Part shown: positions 57,117 to 64,000 of the stretch, piece after piece
How positions within the stretch are numbered: the first letter of the stretch is position 1
How the letters are laid out: every line of letters begins with the position of its first letter
NCBI GenBank assembly: GCA_038063515.1
Contig: JBBTUY010000001.1
Coordinates: forward strand, 74,972-138,971
Reading direction: 5' to 3'
DNA length: 64,000 nt
Source of the DNA: Patescibacteria group bacterium
Lineage (GTDB): Bacteria > Patescibacteriota > Minisyncoccia > Phycocordibacterales > UBA9973
Made by a program: the position numbers and the translations under genes
The notes under the pieces: model-generated
Database searches by the model: none
Told to the model about the DNA's origin: nothing
Seen by the model: the letters and a program-made list of their open reading frames with translations, nothing else

Positions 57117-57272
57117 GTTTTTTATTAAAAACTGAATATCTTCTTTTAAAATGCAATCTATCTGGCAAAGCTTTGCCAGCGAACTGCTCGTCGATCAAGA
57201 AAATAATATAAAGAGTACTTTATTTATTTTCTAATCTCCTGCGCAAGGCATTTGAAAAGAAATATTCATTTT

Positions 57273-58676
<1,404 letters not shown>

Positions 58677-58711
58677 TTATAATTTGTTTCAATGTTTTTA
58701 ATAAATCTTTA

Positions 58712-59638
58712 CTAACTTACACTTGCCATACCTACACTTATTTCTGATATCTCTCTGGTAATGTTTGCTTGTCTTGCTTTGTTAAAGATAAGTGTTAAGT
58801 CGTCTATCATCTCACCTCCTGCATCACTTGCGTTTTTCATGGCTATCATTCTCGAAGATTGCTCTGACGCATTTGATTCGAGAAGCATCTGATATATTTG
58901 CATCCGAGTTAATTTTTCAGCGAGCGTGGTCATCAATTCATCTCTGTCTCCTTCAAATAAATAATCGATACCTTGATCTCCAGAATTTTCTTTTGAATTT
59001 TCTTTTGAATTTTCTGAAATATTATTTTTCCCTAAAGAATTAATTACTTCTTCTAAGTCTTTTTTATTTATAGGTAATATTTGTTTTATGTTTGGCTTTT
59101 GACTTAATACTGAAACAAAGTCTGTGTACGCAACCATAACCTTGTCATAATTTCCTTTAGAGTATTCCTCTGTAACAAATTTTGAAATAGGTATAACTTC
59201 AGATAAAGATATGTTTGTATTCGATTCTAAGAATGACGCTACTATATTTATATCTAGTCTCTGCATCATTGTTTCGCCTTTTTTACCGATGGATACAATG
59301 TCTACATTTATGTTTTCATCTTTGTTTTTCAAAAGAGATACAACTTTTTTAATGATTTGTGAATTATATGCACCACAAAGTCCACGATTAGAAGTTATTA
59401 GTATGAGTAGAATGTTCTTTACTTCTCTCTCCAGAAAAAGAGGGTGTTTTATTTCTTTCGTGTTTTTAGCTATTGAAGTTAAAATATCCCAAGAATAATT
59501 TGCATACAGACGTGACGCCATAGTAGAAGCTACTGCGCGCTTCATCTTCGAAGCAGCCACGAGCTCCATAGCTTTAGTGATCTTCTTTGTGCTCTTCACA
59601 CTTTTTATTCTTCTTTTAATTTCTTTTATACCTGCCAT
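58712..59638 (-). CDS. atpG: F0F1 ATP synthase subunit gamma (with KENS tandem-repeat insertion)
   Basis: Gamma subunit N- and C-terminal helices; an internal 12-bp x 2.8 tandem repeat at 58982-59015 encodes SKENSKENS. Confidence 0.9.
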   Translation of the reverse strand: MAGIKEIKRRIKSVKSTKKITKAMELVAASKMKRAVASTMASRLYANYSWDILTSIAKNTKEIKHPLFLEREVKNILLILITSNRGLCGAYNSQIIKKVVSLLKNKDENINVDIVSIGKKGETMMQRLDINIVASFLESNTNISLSEVIPISKFVTEEYSKGNYDKVMVAYTDFVSVLSQKPNIKQILPINKKDLEEVINSLGKNNISENSKENSKENSGDQGIDYLFEGDRDELMTTLAEKLTRMQIYQMLLESNASEQSSRMIAMKNASDAGGEMIDDLTLIFNKARQANITREISEISVGMASVS

Positions 59639-59643
59639 TTTTT

Positions 59644-61146
59644 TTATTTAATAAAAGATTTTTTGAACTCTTCTATTGCATGTTTTAACTGTTCTTCTCC
59701 TTTATCAGTCCACATTTTACTTTCCATGACTTCTTTATAAAAAGCCTTTGCATTGTTTTCTGTGTATTCTATAAGTCCACTTTCGAATTCTTTAATTTTA
59801 GAAATATCTATGTCGTCCATGTATCCTTTTGTAAGTGCATAGAAAACCACAACTTGATGCTCTGTCTTCACTGGTGCATACTGAAGCTGTTTTAAAATTT
59901 CCACTGATCGCTTTCCGCGTTCAAGCTGTCTTTTTGTGGATTCATCGAGATCTGATCCGAATTGAGAAAATGCTTCTAGCTCACGAAACTGTGCAAGATC
60001 AAGCTTTAATGTTCCTGCCACTTTTTTCATAGCTTTGATTTGCGCCGCAGAACCCACACGAGACACAGACGATCCGACATTTACAGCTGGGCGTATACCT
60101 TTATAAAATAAATCAGTTTCAAGGAAAATTTGTCCGTCAGTAATAGAAATAACATTTGTTGGAATGTAAGCTGATATATCTCCTGCTTGAGTTTCGATTA
60201 TTGGAAATGCTGTTATAGATCCCCCACCATATTTTTCATTTCTTCTACAAGCACGCTCTAAAAGACGTGAGTGCAAGTAAAACACATCTCCAGGGTACGC
60301 TTCACGGCCTGGCGGGCGACGAAGGAGAAGAGAAATCTCACGATAAGCCACAGCATGCTTAGAAAGATCGTCATAAATCACAAGTACATCTTTCCCTTGA
60401 TCCATAAAATATTCTGCAATAGATACTCCTGTATATGGAGCTATGTATGAGAGTGCTGCTGCTTCTGATGCTCCTGCAGACACTATGACTGTGTATTTCA
60501 TAGCGCCACCTTCTTCGAGTCGGGCTTCAATTTTTCTAAGTTTAGAATCTTTTTGACCAATAGAAACGTACACACAAATCATATTTTGACCTTTTTGATT
60601 TAAAATAGTATCTATAGCGAGTGCAGTCTTACCTGTCTGTCTATCACCAATTATAAGCTCACGTTGACCACGTCCGACTGGGATTATGGCATCTATAACT
60701 TTAATACCAGTAGATACAGGATCAGAAACACTCTGTCTTGTTACCACCCCTGGAGCCACTTTTTCTATCGGATACGTCTTACTATTTTTAAGTAGGCCCT
60801 TACCATCTATAGGTACACCAATAGCATTTACAACTCGTCCTAAAATATCATCACCAACTGAGATTTCTAATATTTTTCCAGTTGCTTTCACCTCATCTCC
60901 TTCTTTAATTTTTGAAAAGTCTCCAAGAATAATAACACCAATAGTGTCCTCTTCTAAATTAAGAGCAACCCCTGTTTCACCTTGTGCAAAGGTTACCATT
61001 TCTGAAGATTTTATATCTGACAAACCAGAAACTTTGGCAATACCATCGAAAACTTCGATAACCTTACCCACCTTCTCAACCTTTGTCTGTAGTGAAAAGT
61101 TTTCTATTTCTTTTCTTAAATTTTCTACTATAGTGTTACTATTCAT
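59644..61146 (-). CDS. atpA: F0F1 ATP synthase subunit alpha
   Basis: GDRQTGKTA Walker A; full-length alpha subunit. Confidence 0.95.
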   Translation of the reverse strand: MNSNTIVENLRKEIENFSLQTKVEKVGKVIEVFDGIAKVSGLSDIKSSEMVTFAQGETGVALNLEEDTIGVIILGDFSKIKEGDEVKATGKILEISVGDDILGRVVNAIGVPIDGKGLLKNSKTYPIEKVAPGVVTRQSVSDPVSTGIKVIDAIIPVGRGQRELIIGDRQTGKTALAIDTILNQKGQNMICVYVSIGQKDSKLRKIEARLEEGGAMKYTVIVSAGASEAAALSYIAPYTGVSIAEYFMDQGKDVLVIYDDLSKHAVAYREISLLLRRPPGREAYPGDVFYLHSRLLERACRRNEKYGGGSITAFPIIETQAGDISAYIPTNVISITDGQIFLETDLFYKGIRPAVNVGSSVSRVGSAAQIKAMKKVAGTLKLDLAQFRELEAFSQFGSDLDESTKRQLERGKRSVEILKQLQYAPVKTEHQVVVFYALTKGYMDDIDISKIKEFESGLIEYTENNAKAFYKEVMESKMWTDKGEEQLKHAIEEFKKSFIK

Positions 61147-61553
61147 TATTTTCTTATTAGATATTCTTGTAATTTATCGATTCTATTTTTCACTGAAAGA
61201 TCTATAACTTCATTTTCTATTTCTAATCTAATTCCTCCCAGTACCTCTTTGTTAATGACTTCTTGGAAAATAATTTCTCTTGCTTTGTAACGTTTCTTTA
61301 AGAAATCATCAAGCTCTTTTTTTGTGTTTGGAGAGATCTTCTCCACGCTCGATACTTTAACTAAAATTCTTCCTTCTTCTTTATTTATAATCTTTTTTAA
61401 GCTTGCAAGTATTTTTTCACTTTTGTTCAATAACCTTTTTTTAGACAAAAAAGTAGCTATGTTTCTCATGACACCCACCTGCCCACTGTCTTCTTTGTTT
61501 TTTAGACTAAGATAGATCGCATAAGCTATATCGTTGTTTGATGCATTTGTCAT
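61146..61553 (-). CDS. atpH: F0F1 ATP synthase subunit delta (OSCP), short
   Basis: Position between atpF and atpA; C-terminal [20 protein letters not shown] matches the delta C-terminus. Confidence 0.7.
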   Translation of the reverse strand: MTNASNNDIAYAIYLSLKNKEDSGQVGVMRNIATFLSKKRLLNKSEKILASLKKIINKEEGRILVKVSSVEKISPNTKKELDDFLKKRYKAREIIFQEVINKEVLGGIRLEIENEVIDLSVKNRIDKLQEYLIRK

Positions 61554-61554
61554 G

Positions 61555-62016
61555 TTATAAACTATTTATATCTTGCTTACTACTAATCAACTTTCGAGTA
61601 GCATCCATTGCGAGAGCTACTATTTCTTTCTTTGCTTCTTCTACCATTTTTGTCTTTTCACTTTCTAAGTTTTTCTTCCCGTTTTCTACAATCATAGTGA
61701 CTTCATTCTTTGCATCTTCAATCATAGAAGTCTTCTTTGCTTCTGCTTCTTTTTTAATCTGCTGAAAAACATCGTTTGCTTCAATACGAGCCTTAGAAAG
61801 TATCGCATCATACTCTACCTGTGTTTTCTCCAAGATATCTTTGTTTATTTTTGCATCTTCTATGCCTTTATTTATTTTAAGAGAACGCTCTTCCATTAAT
61901 TTATTTAGAGGTTTTAAAGCGAAAATATATAATACAACAAAAACAACCCCGAAATTTATCATTTGGGCTATGATGATTTTCCAATCTATGTGAAATGTTG
62001 AAATAAGTGCATCCAT
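61555..62016 (-). CDS. atpF: F0F1 ATP synthase subunit b
   Basis: Single N-terminal TM then a long charged helix; operon position. Confidence 0.75.
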   Translation of the reverse strand: MDALISTFHIDWKIIIAQMINFGVVFVVLYIFALKPLNKLMEERSLKINKGIEDAKINKDILEKTQVEYDAILSKARIEANDVFQQIKKEAEAKKTSMIEDAKNEVTMIVENGKKNLESEKTKMVEEAKKEIVALAMDATRKLISSKQDINSL

Positions 62017-62108
62017 TTTCTTTTAAACTTTTATTGATAAATATAACTCCTCACAAATAGCAACTAGTAAAGAACTAATTGCCAGATGTGAGTAGTCACA
62101 AAAAACTA

Positions 62109-62330
<222 letters not shown>

Positions 62331-62448
62331 TTATCCACGTCCGAGCGTGGCACATTAATAATAATTATCTTCTCTCCCTCGATTAAGAGAGCAGATATGT
62401 TTTAGATACAACAGATAAATTTTGTTATATCCAAAATATACGTGCCCA

Positions 62449-63423
62449 CTAACTAGCCACCATTTGTATCTTCTGATACTTCCCTTTCTCTTCATGACCA
62501 TGAGAATCTTCCTCATGGGATTCATCGTGATCGTGGTCAAGTGATGACACGGTAAAGTATACGACAAGAAGCATAGAGAATATCAATGCTTGAATAACTC
62601 CCACTAATATTTCTAAGAATAGAAATGGAAGAGGTGCAGCATATGCAAGGAGAGCAGATATCGAAGCCAAAAGCACCTCACCTGCTAATATGTTGCCGAA
62701 AAGACGAAAAGAAAGTGATGCAATTTTTGCAAACTCCCCTGCTACCTCTATTAAACCTACAAAGAACGTAATTGGAGATACTATTATCAATGTAGGATCT
62801 TTACGAACCTTAGTAAACATCTCTCCAAGCACTTTGATATTAACATATTTATTAAAGGTTTTCCAGAGTCCTATAGAAACAACTCCAAAGAGATTGGCCC
62901 CTATTACTGTTATTACAGAAAGAGCTAAAGTTGTATTGATATCAGCTGTACCACCTCTTAAAAATGGTATGAATGCAAGCCCATGGTCAGTACTATGTAT
63001 TTGACCAAAACCACCGAAAGGCATGATACCGAGCCAGTTATTTAATAGTATGAAAAAGAATGCAGATATAGCTATAGGAAAAATCTTCGTAGACAATAGT
63101 CGGGAATTTGTAACTTGATCAAAGAGAGAAAGAGCTGCTTCTGTTATCATTTCAAAAATATTCTGAATTTTACCTGGAACTTCCTTCATCTTTGAACGCA
63201 AAACTAAAGACATGATGATGATGATGAAAACCACAACCCAAGAAGTCGCAAGTGCGTTAGTAATAGTAAAATTACCGACATGTGCTATGGGTTCAGCATA
63301 AAGAGTAACCTCATGTACTAAATGCTCTTCTTCAGTATGGACCTCTTCTACCGCATGCCCTGTTTCAAGTAGAGCTGTGTTAGTATCTTCTATTTCTGTT
63401 GTTTTTTCTTTCTGTGTCGCCAT
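62449..63423 (-). CDS. atpB: F0F1 ATP synthase subunit a with His/Asp/Glu-rich C-terminal tail
   Basis: Conserved Arg-helix region (FRLFGNILAGE) and polytopic TM profile; tail SSLDHDHDESHEEDSHGHEEKGK. Confidence 0.85.
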   Translation of the reverse strand: MATQKEKTTEIEDTNTALLETGHAVEEVHTEEEHLVHEVTLYAEPIAHVGNFTITNALATSWVVVFIIIIMSLVLRSKMKEVPGKIQNIFEMITEAALSLFDQVTNSRLLSTKIFPIAISAFFFILLNNWLGIMPFGGFGQIHSTDHGLAFIPFLRGGTADINTTLALSVITVIGANLFGVVSIGLWKTFNKYVNIKVLGEMFTKVRKDPTLIIVSPITFFVGLIEVAGEFAKIASLSFRLFGNILAGEVLLASISALLAYAAPLPFLFLEILVGVIQALIFSMLLVVYFTVSSLDHDHDESHEEDSHGHEEKGKYQKIQMVAS

Positions 63424-63428
63424 AAATT

Positions 63429-63695
63429 TTATTTTTCTAATTCGGAATTTTTATCTAGCATCTTAGCTGCATATTTTTTAGTAGTACGGACAATACCAAA
63501 AGATGATATTAAAAATGCAAGTAGAGCTGAAACTAAAAGCATGACTGGCTTAGTACCAAAATGCTTGTCGAGCGCCTTGCCTGCAATAAGGGCTAATATT
63601 ATAGGAAATGCAATCCATGTAGAAATTTCACTAAATACTTGAACTGCTGGCTTCCACCAAACACCCTTATTCATATTTTGCATTTTTTCATTCAC
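63429..63695 (-). CDS. AtpZ/AtpI-like small membrane protein preceding atpB
   Basis: 88 aa, two TM helices, first gene of the atp operon. Confidence 0.4.
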   Translation of the reverse strand: MNEKMQNMNKGVWWKPAVQVFSEISTWIAFPIILALIAGKALDKHFGTKPVMLLVSALLAFLISSFGIVRTTKKYAAKMLDKNSELEK

Positions 63696-63778
63696 AAATA
63701 AAGCTTAAAATAAGCTTTATTTGAGTATAAATGAAAAATTAAGGAGATGCAAACTCTAACAAAGACTACCTCATATTT

Positions 63779-63853
63779 TGGTGAGCATGGATGGAATCGG
63801 ACCATCGACCTCTGTCTTATCAGGACAGCGTTCTACCACTGAACTACATGCTC
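63779..63853 (-). tRNA. tRNA-Ile (anticodon GAT)
   Basis: Reverse complement GAGCATGTAGTTCAGTGGTAGAACGCTGTCCTGATAAGACAGAGGTCGATGGTCCGATTCCATCCATGCTCACCA; anticodon loop CUGAUAA; CCA encoded. Confidence 0.85.
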
Positions 63854-64000
63854 ATAACTATCTACACTATTCATAATTTAAAGGACTCTGGTGCTTACCA
63901 ACAACTACATGCTCATAACTATCTACACTATTCATAATTTAAAGGACTCTGGTGCTTACCAACAACTACATGCTCATAACTATTAATCTAATAATCTAAA
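63842..64000. repeat. 61-bp tandem repeat (two full copies plus a partial third, truncated by the window end), each copy beginning with the first 12 nt of tRNA-Ile
   Basis: aactacatgctcataactatctacactattcataatttaaaggactctggtgcttaccaac at 63842, repeated at 63903 and 63964 (the third copy diverges). Confidence 0.85.

Noticed and set aside
62355-62567. 70-aa ORF between atpE and atpB
   Set aside because: Overlaps the 3' end of atpB and the intergenic region; no coding signature. More likely a promoter or hairpin region (ccacgtccgagcgtgg stem) than a gene.

Overview
This window is a gene-dense, AT-rich bacterial chromosomal segment with mostly short intergenic spacers and compact housekeeping genes. 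The reduced gene lengths (dnaX 348 aa, Rel 488 aa lacking C-terminal regulatory domains, short-form DprA), the type IV pilus cluster and the low GC are compatible with a small-genome lineage such as the Candidate Phyla Radiation (Patescibacteria); this is inference only. Recognisable genes are: partial pterin-4a-carbinolamine dehydratase; pepN; scpA and scpB; an M15 (VanY-like) peptidase convergent with an unusual tandem-fused ddl-ddl gene followed by alr; rpmG (not in the ORF track); tRNA-Trp, tRNA-Leu, tRNA-Gln and tRNA-Ile; a DedA family protein; miaA; murA; parB; a short Rel; topA; dprA divergent from and overlapping serS; an ftsQ-like gene; dus; a short dnaX; a HIT hydrolase; guaC; PBP2; a type IV pilus module (pilB, pilC and five prepilin-like genes including one of 514 aa) divergent from a PKD and peptidoglycan-binding surface protein and a CAP-domain membrane protein; ctpA; rplI; rpmA; an M23 peptidase; gltX; murG-ftsW-mraY; rseP; frr; a holB-like gene; mreB; a PriA-like protein with degenerate helicase motifs; rsmI; and a complete F1Fo ATP synthase operon (atpI-like, atpB, E, F, H, A, G, D, C). 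The most unusual items are: (i) the Ddl-Ddl fusion inside a D-Ala metabolism cluster; (ii) a 581-aa cysteine-rich protein built from internally duplicated modules (25696-27441); (iii) a free-standing HTH plus LAGLIDADG-like ORF beside tRNA-Trp; (iv) a run of gene remnants downstream of tRNA-Gln; (v) a 48-bp perfect palindrome immediately after the gltX stop; (vi) PriA with lost Walker motifs; and (vii) 61-bp tandem repeats that each re-copy the first 12 nt of tRNA-Ile at the window edge. No CRISPR array, rRNA or obvious transposase was seen.
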